DNA of 27,670 bases from an uncultured Dehalococcoidales bacterium (GTDB lineage: Bacteria > Chloroflexota > Dehalococcoidia > GIF9 > AB-539-J10): NCBI GenBank assembly GCA_964499375.1, contig CAZCKW010000001.1, positions 1 to 27,670 of the forward strand. Reading direction: 5' to 3'. A program made the position numbers and the translations under genes. The notes below the pieces were generated by a model that was not told the origin of the DNA, made no database searches, and saw only the letters and a list, made by a program, of their open reading frames with translations. Positions 9,396 to 19,331 of this stretch are shown here, piece by piece. The stretch's first letter is position 1. Every line of letters begins with the position of its first letter.

Positions 9396-10013
9396 ATGTT
9401 TTCAGGTATTATTGGCAGGAAAATAGGTATGACGCAGGTCCCTCTGGAAAGTGGGGAGATGGCAGCAGTAACTGCCATAGAAGCGGGACCTTGCTTGGTT
9501 ACTCAAATAAAAAATCAAGCCAAGGATGGTTATTGTGCTGTCCAGTTAGGTTTTATGGAAACTAAGCGCCTTAATGCTCCACAAAGAGGGCATCTAAAAG
9601 GACTAGATAAAATGAGGTATCTCCATGAATTCAGGATTGAGGATACAGGGCCAGTTAAACATGGTGATAAGGTAGATGTTGGTTTTTTAAACTCAGGTGA
9701 TCTTATTAAGGTAAGCGGATTATCCAAGGGCAAGGGCTTTGCCGGTGTGGTGAAACGTTACCACTTTGCCGGTGGACCGAAAACTCACGGGCAATCTGAT
9801 CGGCATCGTGCTCCAGGTTCAATCGGCGCCACTACCTACCCAGGTCGAGTGCTCAAAGGGAAACGCATGTCAGGACACATGGGAAATAGGAAGACCACTG
9901 TACGTAATCTTGAGGTGGTTAGAGTTGATACAAGCCAGAATTTACTTCTGGTTAGAGGAGCAGTGCCCGGAGCTAAAAGGGGCCTGCTAATTATCCAAAA
10001 GGCGGGTAAATAG
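9396..10013 (+). CDS. rplC: 50S ribosomal protein L3
   Basis: GRKIGMTQ, SKGKGFAGVVKRYHF, THGQSDRHRAPGSIG. Confidence 0.99.
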   Translation: MFSGIIGRKIGMTQVPLESGEMAAVTAIEAGPCLVTQIKNQAKDGYCAVQLGFMETKRLNAPQRGHLKGLDKMRYLHEFRIEDTGPVKHGDKVDVGFLNSGDLIKVSGLSKGKGFAGVVKRYHFAGGPKTHGQSDRHRAPGSIGATTYPGRVLKGKRMSGHMGNRKTTVRNLEVVRVDTSQNLLLVRGAVPGAKRGLLIIQKAGK

Positions 10014-10016
10014 TAA

Positions 10017-10664
10017 ATGCAGGTTCCCGTTTATAGTTTAAAAGGGGAAATTGTGGACCACGTAGATATTAGTGAGGATGTTTTCGGCATCCCCCTTAAC
10101 AAAGCAGTGGTTCAGCAAGCAATGGTGAGGCAACTAGCTAATAACAGGCAAGGAACCGCATCCACAAAGAGCAGGTGCGAAGTCAAAGGAAGTACGAGGA
10201 AACTCTATTCCCAGAAGCACACTGGAAGGGCAAGGAGAGGGAATATAAAATCACCACTGCTCAGAGGAGGTGGGGTGGCTTTCGGGCCTAAACCACGGTC
10301 ATATCGCCAATCTATGCCCAAGAAAATGAGACGTTTAGCCTTAAGGTGTGTTCTTTCCTCTAAAGCCAGAGAAGAGGATTTAAAAGTAATAGAAGAACCT
10401 TTCTTCGAAAGACCCAAAACGCAAGGCATGATTGATATTCTATCGGCACTCGATATTAATTCCACTGCTCTAATCGTTACCGAGCGTTCCTATCCCAATC
10501 TAGTCAAATCAGCACGTAATCTGGCTGATACTAAAGTTCTACCATCAGATCTAATTAATGTGCTGGATCTACTTTCTTATAAAGCATTGATAATCACCAT
10601 TTCCGCACTTCATAATATGGAGAAAATTTGGGGAAGAGAGGGAATCAACAGTGCATCTCTATGA
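10017..10664 (+). CDS. rplD: 50S ribosomal protein L4
   Basis: RQGTASTK, QKHTGRARRG, RGGGVAFGPKPR. Confidence 0.99.
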   Translation: MQVPVYSLKGEIVDHVDISEDVFGIPLNKAVVQQAMVRQLANNRQGTASTKSRCEVKGSTRKLYSQKHTGRARRGNIKSPLLRGGGVAFGPKPRSYRQSMPKKMRRLALRCVLSSKAREEDLKVIEEPFFERPKTQGMIDILSALDINSTALIVTERSYPNLVKSARNLADTKVLPSDLINVLDLLSYKALIITISALHNMEKIWGREGINSASL

Positions 10665-10935
10665 GGTAATGCGCCGCCCTCTCATTACAGAGAAGGCGAC
10701 CATGCTTAAGGAAGAGAATAAATATGTATTTGAAGTAGCCAGGAAGGCTACCAAGCCTCAGATTAAGGAAGCAGTTGAAAAAGCCTTTAAAGTGAAAGTG
10801 ACTAAAGTCAATACTATAACCGTTCCAGGAAAGACAAGGAGGAGGGGCAGAAAAGAAATAACAAGTCCAACCTGGAAGAAAGCAATAGTTGAATTAGAGC
10901 CAGAGGCTAAGATCACCTTCTTTGAAGGTGTCTAA
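10651..10935 (+). CDS. rplW: 50S ribosomal protein L23
   Basis: RPLITEKA, NKYVFEV, WKKAIV; GTG start overlapping rplD. Confidence 0.98.
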   Translation: MHLYEVMRRPLITEKATMLKEENKYVFEVARKATKPQIKEAVEKAFKVKVTKVNTITVPGKTRRRGRKEITSPTWKKAIVELEPEAKITFFEGV

Positions 10936-10964
10936 TTTATTATATACTGTATGTGAGGTAAGTT

Positions 10965-11060
10965 TTGGGATCAGTTATTAAGTGGAGAAAGAAAAAGATG
11001 TCCAAGCATCAACATAAGAAACTTCTTAAGAAAACTCGTTGGCAAAGAAGGCATCCATGA
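10965..11060 (+). CDS. Small ribosomal protein bS22 / mS38 homolog (AURKAIP1/COX24 domain), 31 aa; not in the ORF track
   Basis: TTG start 5 nt after SD GAGGT (10955-59). MGSVIKWRKKKMSKHQHKKLLKKTRWQRRHP aligns ungapped to mycobacterial bS22 as recalled ([33 protein letters not shown]), about 20/31 identical. Confidence 0.88.
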   Translation: MGSVIKWRKKKMSKHQHKKLLKKTRWQRRHP

Positions 11061-11090
11061 TGTTAGCGCAAATGTATGAGGTGATATGTA

Positions 11091-11912
11091 GTGTTAAAAA
11101 CCTATAATCCAACATCTCCGGGCAGGAGAGGCAAGGTTAGCACCACCTTTGATGAACTTAGCAAAGTGCCTCCTGAGAAATCGCTGCTTTTGCCACTTAA
11201 AAGGAACGCAGGACGGAATAGTCGAGGCGTGATAACAGTGCGTCATCGAGGTGGAGGAAGCAAGCGTAAGCTTCGCATTATCGATTTCAGCAGGAATAAG
11301 CTGGGTGTTCCTGGAAAGGTAGCCTCCATTGAGTATGATCCCAACCGTTCAGCCAGAATTGCCCTAATCCACTATGTTGATGGGGAAAAGCGTTATATCC
11401 TCTCTCCTTTGGGCCTAACTTCAGGCGATACCATAGAGGCAGGTGAAGAAGTCGACATAAAACCAGGAAATAGCCTGCCATTGAGCTCAATCCCTGTGGG
11501 CACTTTAGTTCATAATATCGAGCTTGAGCCCGGCAAAGGAGGACAGCTTGCTCGCAGCGCTGGCAACGCTGCCCAAATTATCAGTAAAGAGGGTAAGTAT
11601 GTTTTGCTCCGCCTACCATCAAGAGAATTGCGTAAATTTCACTATAAATGCAAGGCTACTATCGGTCAGGTGGGTAATGTTGACCACGAGAATATAAAAT
11701 TTGGCAAAGCTGGATCCAAGAGGTGGCTAGGCATACGTCCTACAGTTCGAGGATCTGCCATGACACCTCGAGACCATCCTCACGGTGGTGGTGAAGGTAG
11801 ATCCCCAATAGGATTAAAACATCCCAAAACGCCCTTGGGGAAACCAGCCCTGGGTTACAAGACCCGTAGCCGCAAGAAATCAAATAAAATGATAGTTAAA
11901 CGGAGGAACTAA
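11091..11912 (+). CDS. rplB: 50S ribosomal protein L2
   Basis: [45 protein letters not shown]; SD GAGGTGA. Confidence 0.99.
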   Translation: MLKTYNPTSPGRRGKVSTTFDELSKVPPEKSLLLPLKRNAGRNSRGVITVRHRGGGSKRKLRIIDFSRNKLGVPGKVASIEYDPNRSARIALIHYVDGEKRYILSPLGLTSGDTIEAGEEVDIKPGNSLPLSSIPVGTLVHNIELEPGKGGQLARSAGNAAQIISKEGKYVLLRLPSRELRKFHYKCKATIGQVGNVDHENIKFGKAGSKRWLGIRPTVRGSAMTPRDHPHGGGEGRSPIGLKHPKTPLGKPALGYKTRSRKKSNKMIVKRRN

Positions 11913-11913
11913 G

Positions 11914-12204
11914 GTGTCTAGGTCACTCAAGAAAGGGCCATATTGTGATGCTAAATTGCTTAAAAAGATAGAGGCGCTTAATAGTTCGGGGGAAAAAACA
12001 GTGCTAAAGACCTGGTCCCGCGCCTCCACAATTTTTCCACAGATGATAGGACACACCATTGCCGTACATAACGGCAGGAAACACATAGCCACTTTCATCA
12101 CAGAAAACATGGTAGGCCATAAACTGGCTGAATTCGTACCCACCAGGACATTTAGAGGGCATATCACTAAAGCCAAAGTAACTGTGCAGGATAAAAGGAG
12201 CTAA
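11914..12204 (+). CDS. rpsS: 30S ribosomal protein S19
   Basis: [25 protein letters not shown]. Confidence 0.99.
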   Translation: MSRSLKKGPYCDAKLLKKIEALNSSGEKTVLKTWSRASTIFPQMIGHTIAVHNGRKHIATFITENMVGHKLAEFVPTRTFRGHITKAKVTVQDKRS

Positions 12205-12211
12205 GTAAAGG

Positions 12212-12547
12212 GTGAATGTTAAAGCTGTAGCTAAAGATATCGGTATTTCACCTCAGAAGGTTCGCCTGGCGATAGACATGGTTAAAGGTAAGAAAGTTGA
12301 CGAAGCCTTAACTATTCTCAGCTTCGTGCCCACCCCAGCAGCCGAAGCTGTGGCCAAGGTTATTAAATCAGCGGCTGCTAACGCTGAAAACAATTTTCAA
12401 ATACCCTCTGATAACCTTAAAATCTCCAGTGTCTTTGCTAATCAAGGACATACTTTAAAAAGGTTTCGTCCTCAATCAAGGGGTAGAATAAGCCCTATTT
12501 TGAAGAGGTCCAGTCATATTACAGTTTTCGTTAAGGAGGGAAACTAA
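12212..12547 (+). CDS. rplV: 50S ribosomal protein L22
   Basis: ISPQKVRL, SAAANAENN, KRSSHITV. Confidence 0.99.
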   Translation: MNVKAVAKDIGISPQKVRLAIDMVKGKKVDEALTILSFVPTPAAEAVAKVIKSAAANAENNFQIPSDNLKISSVFANQGHTLKRFRPQSRGRISPILKRSSHITVFVKEGN

Positions 12548-12549
12548 TC

Positions 12550-13230
12550 TTGGGACATAAAGTTCATCCTCAAGGCTTCAGGTTAGGCATTACACACGAT
12601 TGGCAAGCTAAGTGGTATGCAGAAGCCAACTATGCAAAGTTTTTACTTGATGATCTGAAACTACGTAACGCCATCGAAAAACAATGCACTGGTGGAGGTG
12701 TGGCTCGAGTAGAAATCGAACGAACGGGCAACGAGCTATGCCTGACCCTATATTCTGCCCGCCCTGGCATTTTGATTGGCAGGGGAGGTCAAAACGTGGA
12801 ATTACTGCGTTCGGAGATGGAAAGGGTTATTGGCAATAGGGTTAGATTAACCATCAGAGAAGTTGAGCATCCTGAACTTGAAGCTTGTCTGGTAGCCCGA
12901 AATATAGCTGACCGGATCGAAGGCAGAGTGCCTTTCCGTCACGCTATGAAGCAAGCTACTTTTCGAACCATACAGGCTGGTGCTAAAGGAGTAAAGGTAA
13001 GATGCTCTGGAAGGCTTGGTGGACGCGAAATTGCCAGATCTGAGGGCATGCATCTGGGCCAAATGCCCTTACATAAATTATGCGCTGATATCAGTTATGG
13101 TTTTACTGAAGCTCACACTGTCATGGGGCGCATTGGGGTAAAGGTATGGATTTATAGAGGGGATATTGTTTCCGAGGTAAGAAGAGAGAATGTTACAACC
13201 AAAACGAGTGAAATACCGCAAAGTTCATAG
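12550..13230 (+). CDS. rpsC: 30S ribosomal protein S3
   Basis: [36 protein letters not shown]; TTG start. Confidence 0.99.
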   Translation: MGHKVHPQGFRLGITHDWQAKWYAEANYAKFLLDDLKLRNAIEKQCTGGGVARVEIERTGNELCLTLYSARPGILIGRGGQNVELLRSEMERVIGNRVRLTIREVEHPELEACLVARNIADRIEGRVPFRHAMKQATFRTIQAGAKGVKVRCSGRLGGREIARSEGMHLGQMPLHKLCADISYGFTEAHTVMGRIGVKVWIYRGDIVSEVRRENVTTKTSEIPQSS

Positions 13231-13609
13231 AGGGCGACTAAAAGGAGCAGCTCACAGTGGGGATACTATTTCCTTCGGTGATTTTGGTCTAAGAGCTGAG
13301 GAATCCGCCTGGATAACAGCAAGGCAAATTGAGGCCACTCGCCGAGTCTTCGTGCGCTATTTGCGACGTGGCGGAAAAATGTGGATACGCATTTTCCCAG
13401 ACAAATCCGTAACCAAGAAACCAGCGGAGACCAGGATGGGTAGTGGTAAAGGAGCCCCCGATCATTGGGTAGCTGTGGTTAAGCGAGGCAGAATCATGTT
13501 TGAATTGAGCGGTCTAAGCAAAGAGACAGCTCAACAGGCAGTGCATCTCGCCTCCTACAAACTTCCCATTACTACTAGCTTCGCAGCAAGAGAGGCAACA
13601 AAAAGTTGA
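13190..13609 (+). CDS. rplP: 50S ribosomal protein L16
   Basis: [18 protein letters not shown]. Confidence 0.99.
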   Translation: MLQPKRVKYRKVHRGRLKGAAHSGDTISFGDFGLRAEESAWITARQIEATRRVFVRYLRRGGKMWIRIFPDKSVTKKPAETRMGSGKGAPDHWVAVVKRGRIMFELSGLSKETAQQAVHLASYKLPITTSFAAREATKS

Positions 13610-13803
13610 AAGTTGACCAAATTCGCGCCCTCGGTAAAGAGGAATTATTAAGAAAGTTGGAAGAGTCTCATGAAGAGCTTTTCAATCTCCGCTTTCGCCT
13701 GGCAACCCGTCAGCTGATAAACTACCATGAGATTAGCAGCGTCAAGAGAATAATTGCCAGGATGGAGACTATTTTAAAGGAGAGGGAGCTTGACTTAAAA
13801 TGA
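13606..13803 (+). CDS. rpmC: 50S ribosomal protein L29
   Basis: ELFNLRF…IARMETIL; position after rplP. Confidence 0.97.
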   Translation: MKVDQIRALGKEELLRKLEESHEELFNLRFRLATRQLINYHEISSVKRIIARMETILKERELDLK

Positions 13804-14111
13804 GTTACACCGGAAAGAGAAAAACTAAAATCGGGCAGGTAGTGAGCAATAAGATGGATAAAACTGTTGTAATAGCCACACAAACCATAAGACATCACCC
13901 ACTTTATAAAAAGGCTATTAAACACACTAAAAAGTATAAGGCTCATGATGAGGGTAATGCCTGCGAAATAGGAGACAATGTCAGAATCGTTGAAACACGT
14001 CCCCTTTCTAAGGAGAAGCGCTGGCGTGTAATGGAGATAGTATCCAGAAGGGAATTAATAAAAACACCAGATAAGGCAGACACAAATGATACAAGCTTAC
14101 ACCAGGCTTAA
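13800..14111 (+). CDS. rpsQ: 30S ribosomal protein S17
   Basis: [28 protein letters not shown]. Confidence 0.99.
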   Translation: MSYTGKRKTKIGQVVSNKMDKTVVIATQTIRHHPLYKKAIKHTKKYKAHDEGNACEIGDNVRIVETRPLSKEKRWRVMEIVSRRELIKTPDKADTNDTSLHQA

Positions 14112-14454
14112 AGTAGCTGATAATACAGGGGCCAAGCAAATTATGTGTATTAATGTGCTTGGCGGGACCAGGAGAAGATATGCATCTGTCGGTGATGTTA
14201 TTGTGGCTACAGTAAAACGAGCCATGCCACGCGGAATGATAAAAGGTGGTGAGGTGGTAAAAGCTGTAGTGGTGCGTGTTGCCAAACCTTATCGCCGTCC
14301 TGATGGCTCCTATATAAGATTTGATGAGAACGCAGCAGTTATTCTGGGTGATAAAAATAACCCCAAGGGGAGTCGTATTTTCGGCCCCGTAGCCCGAGAG
14401 CTTAGAGACAAGAACTTTACTAAGATAATATCTTTAGCCCCAGAGGTTCTTTGA
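14086..14454 (+). CDS. rplN: 50S ribosomal protein L14
   Basis: [25 protein letters not shown]. Confidence 0.99.
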   Translation: MIQAYTRLKVADNTGAKQIMCINVLGGTRRRYASVGDVIVATVKRAMPRGMIKGGEVVKAVVVRVAKPYRRPDGSYIRFDENAAVILGDKNNPKGSRIFGPVARELRDKNFTKIISLAPEVL

Positions 14455-14455
14455 A

Positions 14456-14767
14456 ATGAAGATCAGAAAAGGCGATACTGTTATTATCACCAATGGTAAA
14501 GATAGGGGGAAAAAGGGGAAAGTGCGCCGTGTCTTCCATAAAGAGAACAGGATAATGGTGGAAGGGCTTAACATGGTCAAACGTCATTCCCGTACCCACG
14601 CGGGAGCTCGACAGGCTGGCATAATTGAGCTCGAAGCACCACTTCATGTATCCAACGTAATGTTGCTCTGCGCCAAGTGTGGTAAACCGACGCGAGTCGG
14701 GTTTCGCCTACTTGACGCTGGCAACAAGGTACGGATTTGCCGCTCCTGTCAGGAGGTAATTGATTGA
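14456..14767 (+). CDS. rplX: 50S ribosomal protein L24
   Basis: [26 protein letters not shown]. Confidence 0.99.
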   Translation: MKIRKGDTVIITNGKDRGKKGKVRRVFHKENRIMVEGLNMVKRHSRTHAGARQAGIIELEAPLHVSNVMLLCAKCGKPTRVGFRLLDAGNKVRICRSCQEVID

Positions 14768-14778
14768 GTGGAGTTAAT

Positions 14779-15324
14779 ATGAGATCTAGGTTAAGAGAGA
14801 AATATTTAACTGAATTAATCCCCCAACTGAAAGCTGAACTTGGCATTGATAACGTAATGCAGCTACCAAAGCTGGAAAAGATTGTGGTTAGTATTGGCTT
14901 AGGCGAAGCAATACAAAACCCTAAAGCACTTGAAGCAGCGGATGTAGACCTGGCAACAATCTCCGGTCAGCACCCGGTAATAACACGAGCCAGGAAATCC
15001 ATCGCCTCCTTTAAGGTAAGAACAGGTATGCCTATTGGAATGATGGTAACAATGCGAGGTCAGCGAATGTATGCCTTTTTCGATAAATTAGTTAATGTTG
15101 TTCTACCACGTCTCCGCGACTTCCGAGGAATCTCAACGGACTCCTTTGACGGTCAAGGTAACTATAATTTAGGCATAAAAGAGCAGATAGTTTTCCCAGA
15201 AATCAATTATGATAAAATAGACAAGATTCGTGGTCTTCAAGTAACCGTGGTCACTACGGCCAAGAAAGATGATGAGGCAAAGCTCCTGTTAAAACTCTTG
15301 GGCATGCCCTTCAGGAAAGGTTGA
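14779..15324 (+). CDS. rplE: 50S ribosomal protein L5 (start reassigned to ATG 14779)
   Basis: [24 protein letters not shown]; SD GGAG before 14779. Confidence 0.98.
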   Translation: MRSRLREKYLTELIPQLKAELGIDNVMQLPKLEKIVVSIGLGEAIQNPKALEAADVDLATISGQHPVITRARKSIASFKVRTGMPIGMMVTMRGQRMYAFFDKLVNVVLPRLRDFRGISTDSFDGQGNYNLGIKEQIVFPEINYDKIDKIRGLQVTVVTTAKKDDEAKLLLKLLGMPFRKG

Positions 15325-15325
15325 G

Positions 15326-15511
15326 ATGGCAAAAACGTCCAAAATCGTACAATCAAAGCGACCACCGAAATTTAAAGTGCAACAACGAAACCGCTGTCAG
15401 TTGTGTGGCAGGCCGCGTGCTTATATGCGTAAATTTGGCCTATGTCGTATTTGCTTTCGTAAACTCGCTGTAACTGGCGTTATACCAGGGGTAAGGAAAT
15501 CAAGTTGGTAA
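15326..15511 (+). CDS. rpsZ: 30S ribosomal protein S14, type Z (Zn-binding)
   Basis: 61 aa with CxxC…CxxC (CQLCGR…CRICFR), PGVRKSSW. Confidence 0.98.
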   Translation: MAKTSKIVQSKRPPKFKVQQRNRCQLCGRPRAYMRKFGLCRICFRKLAVTGVIPGVRKSSW

Positions 15512-15520
15512 GGAAATTTA

Positions 15521-15916
15521 ATGAATATTACTGATCCAATCGCTGATATGCTGACTCGAATTCGCAATGCCATCATGGTAAGTCATGATGATGTGCTGGT
15601 GCCCTCATCTCAAGTAAAGCTCTCTATTGCTAAAGTTCTTAAAGAAGAGGATTTCATTAATAATTTCGAGATTCTCAAGGATAAAACCCAGCAGACAATA
15701 AGAATTCGGCTTAAATACCTAGATAGCCAGCCAGCGCTACTGGGCTTAGAGAGAGTAAGCAAGCCTGGCCTCAGAATCTATGTTGGAAGACACGAAATTC
15801 CACGAGTCTACGGAGGCTTAGGCATCGCTATTTTATCTACACCCCAGGGCATTATGACCGGACAAGAGGCATGGCGGCGTCACCTCGGTGGCGAAATTCT
15901 ATGTTACATATGGTAG
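15521..15916 (+). CDS. rpsH: 30S ribosomal protein S8
   Basis: [29 protein letters not shown]. Confidence 0.99.
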   Translation: MNITDPIADMLTRIRNAIMVSHDDVLVPSSQVKLSIAKVLKEEDFINNFEILKDKTQQTIRIRLKYLDSQPALLGLERVSKPGLRIYVGRHEIPRVYGGLGIAILSTPQGIMTGQEAWRRHLGGEILCYIW

Positions 15917-15935
15917 ATTAACTAAGGAGCAATAA

Positions 15936-16484
15936 ATGTCTCGAATTGGTTTACTCCCCATTCCTATACCTCAAGATGTCGAGGTGAGGATTGAGGGGAA
16001 TGAAGTAACAGTAAAAGGTGAAAAGGGAGAACTTCATCGGTGTTTCTCTCCAGATCTTTCCATTGCCCTAGAAAATGGGAACTTGCTGGTGAGGCGACCC
16101 AGCAATAGCAGAACACACCGTTCTTTACATGGGCTTACTCGCACCCTCCTGGCCAATATGGTTGAAGGGGTAATTAAAGGATTCGAACGAGTTTTAGAAA
16201 TAAATGGCGTAGGTTACAGAGTACAGAAGGTCGGTGATAAGTTGGTATTTCAGATTGGATATAGTCATCCTGTAGAGTTCCAACTACCCGCTGATATCAA
16301 TGCAACCGTTGAGGGGACAAATCGTATTCACATCTGGGGTATTGATAAAGAAAATGTCGGAGAGGCAGCAGCTAAGATACGGGCTATACGCCCTGCTGAC
16401 CCTTATAAAGGGAGAGGAATTAAATACGCTGAGGAGAAGCTACACCTTAAACCTGGCAAGGTAGGCAAAGTATCCAAGGCATAG
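15936..16484 (+). CDS. rplF: 50S ribosomal protein L6
   Basis: MSRIG, GVGYR, PYKGRGIKY. Confidence 0.99.
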   Translation: MSRIGLLPIPIPQDVEVRIEGNEVTVKGEKGELHRCFSPDLSIALENGNLLVRRPSNSRTHRSLHGLTRTLLANMVEGVIKGFERVLEINGVGYRVQKVGDKLVFQIGYSHPVEFQLPADINATVEGTNRIHIWGIDKENVGEAAAKIRAIRPADPYKGRGIKYAEEKLHLKPGKVGKVSKA

Positions 16485-16493
16485 TGGAATGTA

Positions 16494-16859
16494 ATGGCTA
16501 AAGCAAATTCACAACTAATTCGAAAAGTACGGCATAAGCGAACGAGAAAGAAGATAGCAGGCACTGCTTCGCGCCCCCGATTATGCGTCTTCCGAAGCTT
16601 AAATCATATCTATGCTCAAGTTATAGATGATTCTATAAGCCAAACCCTGGTTTCGATAAACACTCTAGATACTGAGGCAAGAGATAAGACCAATCAAATG
16701 ACGAAAACCAAGCAAGCTGAGTTTGTAGGTTCACTACTTGCTCAAAGAGCTTTAGATAAGGGAATTAATGCCGTGGTTTTCGACCGAGGTGGTTTTAAGT
16801 ACCATGGCAGGGTTAAGGCTCTTGCTGAAGCTGCCAGAAAAGGCGGGCTTCTATTTTAA
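16494..16859 (+). CDS. rplR: 50S ribosomal protein L18
   Basis: [29 protein letters not shown]. Confidence 0.99.
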   Translation: MAKANSQLIRKVRHKRTRKKIAGTASRPRLCVFRSLNHIYAQVIDDSISQTLVSINTLDTEARDKTNQMTKTKQAEFVGSLLAQRALDKGINAVVFDRGGFKYHGRVKALAEAARKGGLLF

Positions 16860-16860
16860 G

Positions 16861-16965
16861 ATGGTACACCCTATAATGTCGCTGCTGGTAAAAACGGTGG
16901 AGGATTTTGTAGAAATTCAAAAACAGTTTAAACAGGAAAGAGATTTGAAGGGGGATAGGGAGTGA
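16861..16965 (+). other. Possible 34-aa small ORF in the rplR-rpsE insert (MVHPIMSLLVKTVEDFVEIQKQFKQERDLKGDRE)
   Basis: ATG one base after the rplR stop, open to TGA 16963-16965. No recognised homology. Confidence 0.25.
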
Positions 16966-17011
16966 CTTCCCCCCTCTTGCCTTACCTGCTAGGAGAAAAG
17001 AGGTTTAGTAT

Positions 17012-17560
17012 ATGAAAGCTATTACGCGGGTAATCGGTAAAAAGGCCAGGATTGATGCTTCGGAGCTAGAATTCGAGGAGAAATTAATAGCTGTTAATCG
17101 CGTAACCAAGGTGGTCAAAGGCGGCAAACGGCTTCGTTTCCGAGCCCTGCTGATAATTGGTGATGGCAAGGGACATGTGGGAGTAGGCTTAGCCAAAGCA
17201 ACCGGTGTTGCTGAAGCGATACGTAAGGCCAGCGCGGCAGCACGGAAAGAGCTAATCGAGGTACCAATTGTTAACAATACCATTCCCCATGAAATTTTAG
17301 CCAAGTACGGGGCATCTAAGCTTTTACTTAAGCCAGCAGCATCTGGCAGCGGTATAATCGCCAGCAATACTGTCCGCGCAGTAGCCGAATTGGTTGGCAT
17401 AAAAGACATTATTGGCAAATCTCTTGGTAGTTCTAACCGAATTAATGTAGTCAGAGCCACCATGCTTGCTCTAGCCAGTCTGAAGAAACCTAAAGAGTCT
17501 ATAATTGAAGGCAAAACTGACTTTGAAATTCAACAGGATGAAGCAAATGAGACAGAATGA
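17012..17560 (+). CDS. rpsE: 30S ribosomal protein S5
   Basis: NRVTKVVKGG, SLGSSNRINVVRAT; SD GAGGT upstream. Confidence 0.99.
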   Translation: MKAITRVIGKKARIDASELEFEEKLIAVNRVTKVVKGGKRLRFRALLIIGDGKGHVGVGLAKATGVAEAIRKASAAARKELIEVPIVNNTIPHEILAKYGASKLLLKPAASGSGIIASNTVRAVAELVGIKDIIGKSLGSSNRINVVRATMLALASLKKPKESIIEGKTDFEIQQDEANETE

Positions 17561-17990
17561 ATTGAGCCCTCCTCAAGGTGCCACGCATAAGCCAAAACGT
17601 GTAGGTCGTGGAGACGGTAGCGGTCATGGTACTTATTCAGGACGAGGTTGTAAAGGGCAAAAATCTCGTTCTGGCGGTGGCGTCCGTCTCGGTTTCGAGG
17701 GCGGTCAATTGCCTCTTATAAGACGGCTTCCCAGAAAAAGAGGGTTTACCAATATCTTTAAAACCAAATACAGCGTTGTAAACGTTGGTAGCCTTGCAAT
17801 CTTCCCCGCAGCGAGTGAAGTGAACCCAGAGAGTCTGCTTAAAACAGGACTAATCAGGTCACTCAAACAACCTGTGAAAATTCTTGGCTATGGCGATATT
17901 CATCAGCCTGTGGTAGTTACAGCTGCTAAATTCTCTGCAGCAGCAGAGAAGAAAATCCTTGCTGCTGGAGGAAGTGTGCAGAGAGTTTAG
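17547..17990 (+). CDS. rplO: 50S ribosomal protein L15 (start reassigned to ATG 17547)
   Basis: KRVGRGDGSGHG, GFEGGQLPL, LPRKRGF. Confidence 0.98.
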   Translation: MRQNELSPPQGATHKPKRVGRGDGSGHGTYSGRGCKGQKSRSGGGVRLGFEGGQLPLIRRLPRKRGFTNIFKTKYSVVNVGSLAIFPAASEVNPESLLKTGLIRSLKQPVKILGYGDIHQPVVVTAAKFSAAAEKKILAAGGSVQRV

Positions 17991-17991
17991 A

Positions 17992-19317
17992 ATGCAGCTA
18001 CGCAAGGAAAGTCAACCACGCCTTATCCAGGCAATGATAGATATTTTTTCATTGCCGGACTTGAGGCACAGACTCCTGTTTACTCTGGGCATACTGGTTG
18101 CTTTCCGTTTCCTGGTCCATGTTCCTTCGCCTATAGTAACTCCTGAAATTTTACAAAAGCTCAGCGAGGCATTCGAACAGAATCAACTTTTGGGTATGCT
18201 CAATCTCTTCAGCGGTGGCGCTATGAAGAATTTCAGCGTAGCTGCCTTAGGTGTTTATCCTTACATAACTGCCTCTATTATTATGCAGCTACTGGTTCCA
18301 GTTATTCCCAAACTTCAGGCTATTGCCCAAGAAGGAGAAGCTGGTCAACGTAAAATCAACCGTATTACTCATATGGCAACTGTGCCACTAGCAGCTTTAC
18401 AAGGTTATTCACAGATTGCCTTGTTGCGTAGTCAAAATATAGTTGGGACCATTGAGACACCGATTATTGCCACCACCATAATATCGATTATTGCAGGTAC
18501 TATGTTATTGGTCTGGATGGGCGAATTGATCACTGAGCGAGGCATTGGCAATGGAATATCTATAATTATTTTCGGTGGTATTGTAGCCAGTTTATCAGAG
18601 ACAGTTGGACGTGGCCAGCTAGCTTATAACGAAGACCCCCTGGGTTTTATAACTTTCATTGTTATTGGTCTAATTACCCTGGTATTAATAGTCATGTTCA
18701 TCGAAGCCCATCGCCGTATTCCTGTTCAGTATGCACGTAGCACTTTTCGCGCTGGTCGTATGTACCGACAGTCTGGCTCAACCTATATTCCACTGCGGGT
18801 GAACACGTCGGGAATGATTCCCCTTATTTTCGCCATTGCCCTAATGCAGTTTCCAGGTCTAATAGCCAGCTACTTCGCCAATCCAGCAGATCCTAATCTG
18901 GCAGATAAAATCATGTACCTCTTTAACCCCCAGACAGCCCCTCCCGCAGGCTTAATTTACCAGGGATTATACTTCGCCTTAGTAATCGGCTTTACCTTTT
19001 TCTACACTATGGTGATATTCGAACAAATGAAGTTACCTGAGACTTTGCAACGGCAGGGTGGCTTTATTCCCGGTGTCCGGCCAGGAAAAGCGACTGCCGA
19101 TTATCTAAATCGAGTTATAAAACACCTTACCTTTGGTGGTGCACTCTTCTTAGCTACAGTTGCGATGATACCCTTCATCGCACGAGCATTTACAGGCGTT
19201 ACAGTGCTGACAATTCAGAGCACCGCTTTACTTATCGCCGTCGGGGTCGCCCTGGATACCATGAAACAGCTGGAAGCCCAGTTGACCATGCGCCGTTATG
19301 AAGGTTTCTTGAAGTGA
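17992..19317 (+). CDS. secY: Preprotein translocase SecY (start reassigned to ATG 17992)
   Basis: LGVYPYITASII, GIGNGISIIIF, FIPGVRPGKAT. Confidence 0.98.
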   Translation: MQLRKESQPRLIQAMIDIFSLPDLRHRLLFTLGILVAFRFLVHVPSPIVTPEILQKLSEAFEQNQLLGMLNLFSGGAMKNFSVAALGVYPYITASIIMQLLVPVIPKLQAIAQEGEAGQRKINRITHMATVPLAALQGYSQIALLRSQNIVGTIETPIIATTIISIIAGTMLLVWMGELITERGIGNGISIIIFGGIVASLSETVGRGQLAYNEDPLGFITFIVIGLITLVLIVMFIEAHRRIPVQYARSTFRAGRMYRQSGSTYIPLRVNTSGMIPLIFAIALMQFPGLIASYFANPADPNLADKIMYLFNPQTAPPAGLIYQGLYFALVIGFTFFYTMVIFEQMKLPETLQRQGGFIPGVRPGKATADYLNRVIKHLTFGGALFLATVAMIPFIARAFTGVTVLTIQSTALLIAVGVALDTMKQLEAQLTMRRYEGFLK

Positions 19318-19331
19318 GAGTAACAGGTAGA

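Noticed and set aside
16482-16496. rplF TAG is in frame with the rplR ATG (possible L6-L18 read-through fusion)
   Set aside because: One-in-three chance; both proteins have normal termini.
16861-16965. Small ORF as a relocated uL30
   Set aside because: Too short and lacks the uL30 pattern (IxLxKSxIG…LGL…RGM).
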